Positions 9,483-18,550 of a stretch of DNA of 64,000 bases are shown here, one piece after another. The DNA lies in the NCBI GenBank assembly GCA_002430725.1, contig DJCU01000040.1, positions 15,401-79,400 of the forward strand, read 5' to 3'. Both the position numbers and the translations under genes were made by a program. The first letter of the stretch is position 1. Every line of letters starts with the position of its first letter. Under the pieces are notes generated by a model. The model ran no database searches. It worked only from the letters and a program-made list of their open reading frames with translations, and had not been told where the DNA came from. Source of the stretch: Candidatus Gottesmanbacteria bacterium UBA5942. Its GTDB lineage: Bacteria > Patescibacteriota > Microgenomatia > UBA10105 > UBA927.

Positions 9483-10442
9483 ATGAGAAGTCATTCTGCC
9501 GCACATACCAGACGCGCTCATCGCGCGATACCCGCATTTGTGGGGATCGGGTTTATCGCGGTATGTATTATTTGTAGTGTTATTTTTCTTCGTTTATTTG
9601 TGCAACCGTTCCCGTACAGACAATCACTTGTCATTGCAGGTAACCCTACCCATATCATTTCTATCAATGCCGCAAAAAATAACATCATCGTTGTCGATGT
9701 ACCAGAAGATACGGTCATTTCTGCAACACATGGGTACGGAAACTATCCCATTCGATCTCTTATCACGCTTGATGATATCGATAATCACCACGGGGCACTT
9801 GTGACTGGGAGCATGAGTGATGCTTTTGGTATACCGATCAAGTGGTACGTAAACCCCGGTGAGTTAGGTAATGGTGATGGTACTGTGTCGCTTATACGAA
9901 GTATTTTTTCATTCGGCAATCTGTTTCGGGTACTACAGGGAAGTATGGATACCTCTATGCCACTTGCCACATGGATAAATTTGGTGTGGGCGTTACGCTT
10001 TATTCCGGCAGATGGAGTAGAGAGTATCAATATCCGCCAAGCAATCATCCATGTCGATACGCCAGATGGAAGTTCTGTCTCAACACTGGATGAAAACAAG
10101 CTCGATTATATGCTCGAAAATTCGCTTTTTGATAGTGGGTTACGTGCAGAGGGGATTACCGCTGCAATATACAACACAACACAAGTGCCTACAGTAGGAC
10201 TCAGAGCGTCTCGTCAGGTATCCCGGATGGGTGTGCAGTTGGTATTTGTCGGAAATGCTGAACCAACAGTGTCAGAGTGCCAGATAAACGGGTTGCGTGA
10301 AGCATTACAGAGTAAAACCGCAGATTACCTTGCGGACTACTTTGGTTGTAAAAAAGTTGAGGGAGAAAGTGATATTGGACGAGGTACTGGCGCTGATCTT
10401 GTTGTGTTGCTTGGTGAAAAATACGCGTCCCAGTATAAGTAA
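9483..10442 (+). CDS. LytR-CpsA-Psr (LCP) family protein with LytR_C-like C-terminal domain
   Basis: N-terminal TM, then LVIAGNPTHIISINAAKNNIIVVDVPEDTVI, resembling the LCP core (SDTIM..S.PRDT). Confidence 0.5.
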   Translation: MRSHSAAHTRRAHRAIPAFVGIGFIAVCIICSVIFLRLFVQPFPYRQSLVIAGNPTHIISINAAKNNIIVVDVPEDTVISATHGYGNYPIRSLITLDDIDNHHGALVTGSMSDAFGIPIKWYVNPGELGNGDGTVSLIRSIFSFGNLFRVLQGSMDTSMPLATWINLVWALRFIPADGVESINIRQAIIHVDTPDGSSVSTLDENKLDYMLENSLFDSGLRAEGITAAIYNTTQVPTVGLRASRQVSRMGVQLVFVGNAEPTVSECQINGLREALQSKTADYLADYFGCKKVEGESDIGRGTGADLVVLLGEKYASQYK

Positions 10443-10457
10443 GAAGGGAGAGGCAAT

Positions 10458-11165
10458 TTACTCTTCGTTTTCCGTTTCCTTGTCGTCAGTTTCAGTTGGT
10501 GTCCCATCATCTTCGCGCTCGTTGCGGGTAAACGGTACGTACAACGCTGTCGTTGAAAACGATGGTTGGTTTTCAAACCGTTTGCCGCGGCCAATTTCAC
10601 GAATAAATAATGTCAGAGTGTTTTTTCCGATGGATTTCACAAGTGCTTGATAGGTGTTACCGACCGCCAAAAATTTTATCAGGCGGAACGATAAATCATC
10701 GGGAAGCGCGGCAAGATAGGTGTTGGCTGCATTCCTCGCTTCTACCACATGGTTTCTTGCTTTCAGTTCGACTTCTTCTCCCGGTGAGACAGTTGCAAGC
10801 ACTGCCATAGGGGCAGCGTTTACACATTCAACAATTTTTGTTTTGCCGGGTTCTTCGAGGAACGAGAGGGGAGCGAGGTGGGTTTTGTTTGCTTTGATAA
10901 GGTCTTTTTGGCGAACGCTTCCTAGTTTTTTTATATTTTTTATGGCAATCTGGTTGTATTCGTCAATTTTGATGACGCGCTGAAATGTTTTTTTGGCTAA
11001 GGTGAATTGACCACTTTGGAGGTATGCAAAGCCAAGACGGTTGAGGAGACTAATGTTGTTTTTGTCGGTTTTAAGAAGTGCAGTATTTATCCGAATTGCC
11101 TCTTTCCAATCTTGGGCGAGTGCTGCATTTATAGCCGCTTGATCAGAAACAATTACATCGTTCAT
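10458..11165 (-). CDS. TPR repeat-containing protein with acidic C-terminal tail
   Basis: TPR-like helices (LGFAYLQSGQFTLAKKTFQRVIKIDEYN); C-terminal part unrecognised. Confidence 0.5.
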   Translation of the reverse strand: MNDVIVSDQAAINAALAQDWKEAIRINTALLKTDKNNISLLNRLGFAYLQSGQFTLAKKTFQRVIKIDEYNQIAIKNIKKLGSVRQKDLIKANKTHLAPLSFLEEPGKTKIVECVNAAPMAVLATVSPGEEVELKARNHVVEARNAANTYLAALPDDLSFRLIKFLAVGNTYQALVKSIGKNTLTLFIREIGRGKRFENQPSFSTTALYVPFTRNEREDDGTPTETDDKETENEE

Positions 11166-11229
11166 GGTGATGAAGCGTACCAGAGTTTCTTGAGAAAAGT
11201 CAAGACAGAAGATACAATATTGTACTGGT

Positions 11230-11949
11230 ATGAGCGGTCATTCAAAGTGGAGTAAAGTCAAACACCAAAAAGCGACAACTGACGCTGTTAAAAGTCGTGA
11301 ATTTACTCGTGCCTCCCGCGGTATTACAGTGGCGGTGCGCGAAGGCGGCGGCCTTACAGATCCTGATAAAAATTTCCGATTACGGTTAGCAATTGAACTT
11401 GCAAAGCAAGTAAATATGCCCAAAGACAATATAGAACGGGCGATAGCCAAAGGAGCAGGGTCGGGGGCTACTGCGTTTGAAAATCTTACCTATGAAGGAT
11501 ACGGGCCGGGGGGAGTCGCGTATGTAGTGGAAGCCGCGACTGACAATCATCAACGTACGGCTGCTGCGGTAAAGCATGCATTTGATCGCGCGGGTGGATC
11601 ATTAGCAACTCCGGGAGCAGTGAGTTTTCAGTTTCAGAAAAACGGGGTACTTTTGATTGCAAAATCAGACATGCTTTTTGATGCGATGCTTGATCGCGCC
11701 ATAGGCGCTGGAGCAGATGATGTTATCGAACGTGATGACGTGTATGAAGTGTACACAAAGTATACTGAGCTTTTTGCGGTAAGGCAGGTGTTTGAATCTT
11801 CATCACTGGTCATCGAACATGCATCGCTTATTATGCGGCCGTTAAATTCTGTGAGTCCTCAAGCGGATGTGCGCCTCAAAAATGAAGCACTTATATTGGC
11901 ATTAGAATCGCTTGACGATGTACAAAACGTATATACTACTATGGAATAG
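11230..11949 (+). CDS. yebC: YebC/PmpR family DNA-binding transcriptional regulator
   Basis: MSGHSKWSKVKHQKATTDAVKSREFTRASRGITVAVREGGG is the canonical YebC N-terminus. Confidence 0.9.
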   Translation: MSGHSKWSKVKHQKATTDAVKSREFTRASRGITVAVREGGGLTDPDKNFRLRLAIELAKQVNMPKDNIERAIAKGAGSGATAFENLTYEGYGPGGVAYVVEAATDNHQRTAAAVKHAFDRAGGSLATPGAVSFQFQKNGVLLIAKSDMLFDAMLDRAIGAGADDVIERDDVYEVYTKYTELFAVRQVFESSSLVIEHASLIMRPLNSVSPQADVRLKNEALILALESLDDVQNVYTTME

Positions 11950-12004
11950 GAGTGTATACTCGCGACAAGTTGTAGTTGATGCCAAAAGAAGAGGGAAGTG
12001 ACGT

Positions 12005-12844
12005 ATGATAAAACAAATAATCGATCGTATTGCGAAGCGTTTTAAGCGTTGGGACAGGACTCAACCATTTTCGAAACGCCAGCAGTTTGTCATTATTACT
12101 GGGCTTCTCACCGCGGTGCTTATGACGACACAACTGGTGTCATTGGATTTTCGATATCCGATGGTGGGAGTGCTTGCTGTGTTAAGTTATTTACTTTGTG
12201 CGTTTGCATTGCGTGAAGATTTAAAAGGACACGAGTGGGCGACACTGTTGATCTTGCCATCGTTTTTTACAGCAGCAGTTGCAGTGTTTTATTTTCTTTT
12301 GCCAACACGTTGGCTTACTCGGTTGCCGATCGCAGCGCTTTACGCAGTCGGTATGTATGCATTGTTACTCACTGAAAATATTTACAATGTAGCTGTTGCG
12401 CGAACCATAGCGCTGCTTCGTGCGGCGCACTCAGTAGGATTTTTGCTTACACTCGCGACATACTTTTTGCTGCTGCAGACAATCCTCGCATACCGTTTTC
12501 CTGGCATCATCAATGCGATACTCGTAGGGCTCGTGACGTATCCATTAACACTGCAGATTTTATGGGCGACAAATTTGGAGTCATATATAGGGAAGTCAGT
12601 GAAGGATCTGACACTTGTTATTACTGTCGTATGTGTTGAGTTAGCCTGGATATTTGCACTTTGGCCTGTCAGGACAACGCTTTTGGCGCTTTTTTTAACA
12701 ACAGTCTTTTACGGACTGGTTGGCATGGGTCAACAGTATCTCTCAGATCGACTATATAAGCGAACGGTATGGGAATTTTTTGGAGTTGTCGCGATTGTAT
12801 TTGTTATTTTGCTTTTAACAGTGAATTGGCGCGCGGCTATTTAG
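12005..12844 (+). CDS. Polytopic membrane protein, function unknown
   Basis: About 8 predicted TM helices, no recognisable motifs. Confidence 0.5.
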   Translation: MIKQIIDRIAKRFKRWDRTQPFSKRQQFVIITGLLTAVLMTTQLVSLDFRYPMVGVLAVLSYLLCAFALREDLKGHEWATLLILPSFFTAAVAVFYFLLPTRWLTRLPIAALYAVGMYALLLTENIYNVAVARTIALLRAAHSVGFLLTLATYFLLLQTILAYRFPGIINAILVGLVTYPLTLQILWATNLESYIGKSVKDLTLVITVVCVELAWIFALWPVRTTLLALFLTTVFYGLVGMGQQYLSDRLYKRTVWEFFGVVAIVFVILLLTVNWRAAI

Positions 12845-14112
12845 GCATAGAACGTGGGGAGTGGGAGAGTGATATAGTTTGATATAGTTGATATAGTTTG
12901 ATATACGTCTATAAAACTATAGGACACTATGTGGATAAATATTTTCACGGCCTCAGACAACTGTTTTCACAACCCTCCATTTGAAGCTAAACTAGCTTCA
13001 GGTTGTCTATAAAACTATAGGGTAGAGCACTCCTATCACTCTTCACTCGTACGCTCGCCTCATTCCACCCGCTCCCTTGAGTACACAAAGTGTGCGATAA
13101 AATAGCAGTTTGGATTGTTATGACGGGCTAAATAGCGTTATGTCACTCGGAGCAGAGTGTCGAAACGTAGCCTCAAAAACGCTACTTTAGCGCATTAGAA
13201 CAGTCTAAATAAAACCGAAAAGATATACACGTTTGGCAGACGTGCCTATGCAATGCTAATCATGCGTAATGGTGCGCAGCATCGTGTAGCATTGAGGCTG
13301 ATAATATAGTTTTGGACCGTATTATCGCTCTATTCTGACACCTGAATGTTATTCTGTTGTATTAGAAATTAGCCTCGAAAATGACAATATAGCGCGTATT
13401 AATGAGCTAAATTAGCCCCTACGAAATACACAGTGTCAACGTAGCCTCATAAATCTTTATATAGAGCGTAAAAACGCGCTAAATTGCGACATCTCCAGTG
13501 TATACGTTATCTCCGGAGTAGGGTTCTGTAGCCTCGAAAATGACAATATAGAGCGTATTAATGCGCTAAACGGTATGCTATATAAAAAACCCGAACGACC
13601 TTATTTGACTGTCATATTGTTGTCGATATTGAACACAAAAACAGTACGCACAAAGTAGCCACGAGAGAGTGCAGTATTTTGCATGAGCTTGAGCGACTGA
13701 TGCATATACTCCTCTTTGCAACAATCCTAGCTTTTTTGGCATGACTCCTTTTTAGGCCAAATATGCCTGGGAGCGGGAAAATGGTATAAGTCGCACAATA
13801 ATACTTTTACGACATTATGAAGCGAGGTGTGCCCGAATAGTCACTTTTTGTGCGCCTATCATTATCTGACATTTGTGCATCAATATATCGTAATTTTATG
13901 ATGTGTACTTATATGTTCCTCTCTTACTGTATTGCCACTTAACTCGTCACTGGTTTGTGTTTGTCCGCTTATCAAGAAAACCCTGCTGAGTTTTCAGAGT
14001 TTTCGCGTTCTAGTAAGCTAAATAGTTTTTAGTTCGTTTTGTGAGATGATCACTTGTATGTCTTTTAATAATCAGGGGCCTTGTAGGTCATTACAGAGGC
14101 TTAAAATTGAGG
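12845..14112. repeat. 1.27 kb ORF-free, repeat-rich non-coding region
   Basis: No ORF of 60 aa or more in any of six frames; tandem gatatagtt(t) x4 at 12871-12906; 17-bp direct repeat gtctataaaactatagg at 12907 and 13005; 42-bp direct repeat at 13370-13411 and 13529-13570; tagcctc motif four times; inverted gaggcta. Confidence 0.7.
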
Positions 14113-14811
14113 CTAATTCTCAAGAAAACGATACGTCCCTAAAACGCGTGTTTTTGACGGATGTGCACCCGCATTTGTCTCTACCAACGCCACTGTATCA
14201 ATGACTCCGCTGCCAATGTCCGTATCTTTTAATGTTTGTAGTTTTTTCAGAAATTCTGGAGTCGGTGTATGGGTATATCGACAGATGGTTGTATTGGCAA
14301 ATACCATGGTGTCCGAGAAGTATTTTTTGTCGTCTGGGATACCATGTCGCACAAATTCATGGCGTATGCGATGGATAAATCGATTGTACCGAGGTGTAAT
14401 AAGGACGATGACCGAGACACTTGTTGGCAGCGCTAACACGCCATGCCATACAAACGGAAATGGCCGTTCTGACGGGATAAGTTTGGTAAGCAGACCGCGC
14501 GATGTTTCAATATCTTTTTGGCTATATGTGGGCGGATTATGGATGATTCGGATGCTATGAAATGTCACATGCAGTGATTGTTTTTGATAATAATATTGTG
14601 TTGGATCAAGGCGTTGTAATGGTTCGATTAGCTTGTTCTGAATGGACGCAGCAATTGCTTCCGGTACAAATGCGTTGAGGCTCAGACATAGCTGATTGTC
14701 TGAGGCAAAGTCAGTCTGCATAGGTACGATTGTTGAGACGCGAGAGTCCGCTGCGAGCATGGTTTCCATCTGGCGCATCAGGGCAAGCTGCTTCTTCTGA
14801 AACGGGGTCAT
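14113..14811 (-). CDS. Hypothetical protein, weak resemblance to 2H phosphoesterase (LigT-like) with degenerate second motif
   Basis: One H-x-T-x motif (SLHVTFHS) about 88 aa before an N-T-T-I at the expected second HxTx position. Confidence 0.35.
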   Translation of the reverse strand: MTPFQKKQLALMRQMETMLAADSRVSTIVPMQTDFASDNQLCLSLNAFVPEAIAASIQNKLIEPLQRLDPTQYYYQKQSLHVTFHSIRIIHNPPTYSQKDIETSRGLLTKLIPSERPFPFVWHGVLALPTSVSVIVLITPRYNRFIHRIRHEFVRHGIPDDKKYFSDTMVFANTTICRYTHTPTPEFLKKLQTLKDTDIGSGVIDTVALVETNAGAHPSKTRVLGTYRFLEN

Positions 14812-14860
14812 AGAGATATTCTAACATATTGACAACTGGCGTCATGTCGTACAATCATGG

Positions 14861-15844
14861 TTGTATAGACGTCTCAATGAACATATGGATTTAGAACAAC
14901 TTATCAAAGATTTTTTAGAATATCTGGAAATTGAGCGAAATGTTTCGCAATTGACGATACGGAATTATCGGCACTATTTGTCGCGATTTGTGCACTTTTT
15001 GACGAGCCCGGCCGACCCTGCCTCCCCTCCCCCATCCGTGAAAACTGCCCCCGTGAAAATTACGGATATTACCGCAGAAAGTATTCGGCATTATCGGTTG
15101 TATCTCGCGCGGTTTGCCGATGAAAAAGGTATGAGCCTCAAGCGAGTTACCCAAAACTATCACCTGATCGCACTCCGGAGTTTCTTAAAATACGCAGCAA
15201 AGCGAGACATCCCTACTATTTCGCCCGACAAAATTGATTTGCCCAAGGCGGAAAGCAGGTCTATCAAGTTTTTGGAGCATACCGATGTGGAGCGACTCTT
15301 AAACATGCCCGACATGAACACAAAGGAAGGAACGAGAGATAAAGCGATACTCGAGGTGTTATTTTCTACCGGTCTTCGGGTATCGGAACTTGTCAGTCTC
15401 AATCGTGATCAGATAAACCTTGATAGACGTGAGTTTAGTGTGGTTGGTAAAGGAAGAAGAACGCGTATTGTGTTTTTGTCCGAGCGGGCTGCAGATTGGC
15501 TGCGAAGGTATCTTGCCACTCGCGAAGACGATATGCGACCAGTATTTATCCGATATAGTGGCAGAACTCCTGATGAGCACGATACGACAGGCGCATCAAT
15601 CAGGTTGACCGCGCGCTCGGTGCAGCGGGGCGTTGAAAAGTATGTCAAAAAAGCAAAGTTGATGGTAAAGATTACGCCGCACGGGTTGCGGCACAGTTTT
15701 GCGACAGACCTGTTGGGAAATGGGGCGGATTTACGGGCTATCCAAGAGTTATTGGGGCACAAAAATGTCTCTACGACTCAAATTTATACCCATGTCACGA
15801 ACCCACAGCTGAAGCAAATACACGATAAGTTTCATAGCAAATAA
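14861..15844 (+). CDS. Tyrosine site-specific recombinase, XerC/XerD family
   Basis: Catalytic box HGLRHSFATDLL...LGHKNVSTTQIYTHV; N-terminal core-binding domain with an atypical Pro-rich insert SPADPASPPPSVKTAPV. Confidence 0.9.
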   Translation: MYRRLNEHMDLEQLIKDFLEYLEIERNVSQLTIRNYRHYLSRFVHFLTSPADPASPPPSVKTAPVKITDITAESIRHYRLYLARFADEKGMSLKRVTQNYHLIALRSFLKYAAKRDIPTISPDKIDLPKAESRSIKFLEHTDVERLLNMPDMNTKEGTRDKAILEVLFSTGLRVSELVSLNRDQINLDRREFSVVGKGRRTRIVFLSERAADWLRRYLATREDDMRPVFIRYSGRTPDEHDTTGASIRLTARSVQRGVEKYVKKAKLMVKITPHGLRHSFATDLLGNGADLRAIQELLGHKNVSTTQIYTHVTNPQLKQIHDKFHSK

Positions 15845-15850
15845 TTAGGC

Positions 15851-16813
15851 ATGACCCCTACCTCATACATACAACAACAGCTTGATGCATTCGCAGCCCC
15901 ACTATCCGTTCCGTTGATTGGTTCAGATATAGAAACAAATATATACACATTGTTGCTTTCCAAAAAGTTTCGAAAGTATTCGGTGAGTCCTGAATATTTA
16001 TCTCATATTCGTAATGCTATTCACTTGAATGTCTCTCGTAATGAACCCATCAAACTTACGCTTGTGTTTGGTGGATATAAATTATGGCGATTAGAAGAGT
16101 TTCCAGAGCCGGATTGGGCTGAAGTTTTTAGTCTTATGTATTATGCCCATTGGTTGCGTCCCATCGCTGCGATATACAAGCCGGGGGTTGTCTTGGACTT
16201 TTATTCTGATGATGTGATTTTGGAGTACATGGATAATATTCCCAAAAAAGAGACTGATCAGTATATTGCAGGTTTTCGAAACTTGCTCGAGTTTATGAAG
16301 TCATATATTCCGAAGAATGTATTATTTACTCTCAATCGTGTTGGTGATCAGTATGGAAGTTACAATGATTTTATTATTGAGCTGGAGCAATCAATTGAAG
16401 ATGTTAAAAAAACATTAGGTGGTTTACCCACGCTCACACCGGAACAGGCAGGGCTCGTAGAACTCAATGTCCGAGTGAAACCTGGACAAACAGATGATCC
16501 ACTCTGGAAAGAAAAAGTTTTTTTGATCCACGAAGGATACGCGCGGGTTTCGAAGCGGCGGCCGTATTACCGAGCGCCAGATAAAATATTTGTGATCACT
16601 CGACCGCTCAAAGATTCTATCGCAGTCGGCACTACGAAAACGTCTGTTGTGAAATTTTGGATTGGTGCAGGAGTGCTGCAAAAGCAGGGTGATAGTTTTG
16701 TGCCATATATCTACTCTCCGAAACAACTATCAGAGGGAAAATTTTTGACTGAAAACATACATATAGCCGGTTTGACCGGTAAAAATTATACATCGGTGAA
16801 AATACGCCAGTAG
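15851..16813 (+). CDS. Hypothetical protein (320 aa) tightly coupled between the recombinase and ATP-grasp genes
   Basis: 6-nt gap after the recombinase and 10 nt before the ATP-grasp gene; no recognisable family. Confidence 0.5.
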   Translation: MTPTSYIQQQLDAFAAPLSVPLIGSDIETNIYTLLLSKKFRKYSVSPEYLSHIRNAIHLNVSRNEPIKLTLVFGGYKLWRLEEFPEPDWAEVFSLMYYAHWLRPIAAIYKPGVVLDFYSDDVILEYMDNIPKKETDQYIAGFRNLLEFMKSYIPKNVLFTLNRVGDQYGSYNDFIIELEQSIEDVKKTLGGLPTLTPEQAGLVELNVRVKPGQTDDPLWKEKVFLIHEGYARVSKRRPYYRAPDKIFVITRPLKDSIAVGTTKTSVVKFWIGAGVLQKQGDSFVPYIYSPKQLSEGKFLTENIHIAGLTGKNYTSVKIRQ

Positions 16814-16823
16814 GAGGTGTTAT

Positions 16824-17831
16824 ATGCGCATATCAGTCCTATACAACAAACCAGCTGCACGATTTACGACAAAGACCACGCATCTGGTCGCTGAAGAGGA
16901 TACTGAGGAGTCAGCAGTGGAGGTAGCGGAAGCACTGCAACAAAAAGGAGCAGTCACTACCCTTGCTCCTATTACCGAGCGAGATTTCAAAAAAGTGATT
17001 ATGGCTTTGCCAAATGATTTAGTGTTCAATCTGATCGAATGGACAGGTGTAGACACGCCATACGCAGTGAAAGCATATGAGCACATTCATGCGCGAAACC
17101 TCGTATATACTGGCGCGACTTTGGATACCTACTTACTCTCCTGTGATAAGTCGGTCATGAAAAATCGCTTGGATGAGCATGGACTTCCGACTGCCAAGTG
17201 GCAGTTGTTTCATACCGGAAACGAATCGATACGACAGGATTTTCGGTATCCACTCATCGTCAAAGTAAGCTCGGAACATTCCAGTGTCGGGTTGTCGAAG
17301 GAGGCTATCGTAAAGGATGAGAAAAATTTGATAACTATCGTAAAAAAAAGACTCGCAGAATATAAGCAGCCGGTATATGCAGAAGAGTTCTTGACGGGGC
17401 GTGAGTTTCAGGTGACGCTTATAGAGAAAGCGAGTGGACTTACGGTGTTACCTATATCAGAAGTGTTGTATACCAAAACAACCGATGTACCCTTTTTGAC
17501 CTATGAAAGTCGATGGGATGCCACACACTCGGACTACGATAATTCAGGGGTGCTACTTGCGAAACTCACTCCAGCTATGCAGCACAAGATTGAAGATATG
17601 AGTAAGCGAGCATTCACGACATTTGGGTATCGTGATTATGCGAGGTTTGATGTGCGGTGTCAGGGTGATGAGCCGATGTTTTTGGAGATAAATTCAAATC
17701 CTGGATTAAGCGATGACGAAGAATACGGTATGACCGTTTCCTATAAAGCAGCAGGGATGACATTTGCCGATTTTGTATGGGAGATCGTGCAGTCCACTTT
17801 ACGGAGACACAAAAAGTCTTTTAAGGAATAA
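16824..17831 (+). CDS. ATP-grasp ligase, D-alanine--D-alanine ligase-like
   Basis: PLIVKVSSEHSSVGLSKEA and YRDYARFDVRCQGDEPMFLEINSNPGLS parallel the Ddl ATP-grasp central and C-terminal motifs. Confidence 0.75.
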   Translation: MRISVLYNKPAARFTTKTTHLVAEEDTEESAVEVAEALQQKGAVTTLAPITERDFKKVIMALPNDLVFNLIEWTGVDTPYAVKAYEHIHARNLVYTGATLDTYLLSCDKSVMKNRLDEHGLPTAKWQLFHTGNESIRQDFRYPLIVKVSSEHSSVGLSKEAIVKDEKNLITIVKKRLAEYKQPVYAEEFLTGREFQVTLIEKASGLTVLPISEVLYTKTTDVPFLTYESRWDATHSDYDNSGVLLAKLTPAMQHKIEDMSKRAFTTFGYRDYARFDVRCQGDEPMFLEINSNPGLSDDEEYGMTVSYKAAGMTFADFVWEIVQSTLRRHKKSFKE

Positions 17832-18429
17832 ATACCCGGGCGGTTTCGGTACGGAAATACGGCAAGCTTTCCGGGTCGCGGGCAACAACCATCATAAGTT
17901 GCGGCTGCCATTTTCTGATAAGCCGAAATTTTTTGCTATTTTTTTTCACTCGTTTTCTTTTGTAATCAAAATCCCACCAGCGTGATCGGAAATCCGCCCA
18001 GTCATAGGACTTTCGTTTTCCCGTTGCGCTGTCGAGAAGTACTACTCGAGATTTACTTGCAAGATACGAAGCGACCATAGCCCAGTGACCTGATTCTTCT
18101 TGCGGTCGATATTTATCGTCCAGATCATAAAGGTAAGAAACAATAACTGCGCGCTGCTCCTTTGGGCGATATTTGAGTGCACTCTGCAGATGGTGTAAAG
18201 TTGCGTATTCCATGACCAAGACAGATAGCCCGAGTTTATTGGCGGCTTCGATCATGTGTTTTGTGCTTGTACCGTTTCTACCGGTCTTGCATAATGAAAT
18301 TAACCGTTTCATTGACACTCTTTTCCCTACCACTTCGAGCGCGTGCTTAAGAGATGTCGGTCCACAGGTAATATCATCCGGCTGCTGAATTGGTTTTATA
18401 TGTGTTCTTCCCATAGTAAAATTCCACAA
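17821..18429 (-). CDS. Stand-alone peptidase C39-like (papain-fold) domain protein
   Basis: QQPDDITCGPTSLKHAL matches the C39 Q..D.CG.A.L catalytic Cys motif; downstream GHWAMVASY is a candidate catalytic His; convergent with and overlapping the ATP-grasp 3' end by 11 nt. Confidence 0.55.
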   Translation of the reverse strand: MWNFTMGRTHIKPIQQPDDITCGPTSLKHALEVVGKRVSMKRLISLCKTGRNGTSTKHMIEAANKLGLSVLVMEYATLHHLQSALKYRPKEQRAVIVSYLYDLDDKYRPQEESGHWAMVASYLASKSRVVLLDSATGKRKSYDWADFRSRWWDFDYKRKRVKKNSKKFRLIRKWQPQLMMVVARDPESLPYFRTETARVFIP

Positions 18430-18550
18430 TAAACGTCAAACGGGGCGTTGGAATAACCATTTTACCCTGTGGAGGAATGACCGGCAAGACCTATAGTGAC
18501 GCCTACTGTCACCGATAGTAAAGCTTTTTTGTGGCTAGCTAGCTTCAAAA

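Noticed and set aside
13880-13925. Possible dif-like Xer recombination site (AATATAT...TTTATGA)
   Set aside because: It has only loose resemblance to the dif consensus, and no clear 11-6-11 dyad could be delineated by eye.
12845-14112. CRISPR array or integron attC cassette array in the ORF-free region
   Set aside because: The repeats are irregular in length and spacing (no constant repeat-spacer periodicity). No GTTRRRY/RYYYAAC core sites are seen in inverted arrangement. No cas genes or intI-specific insertion are present.
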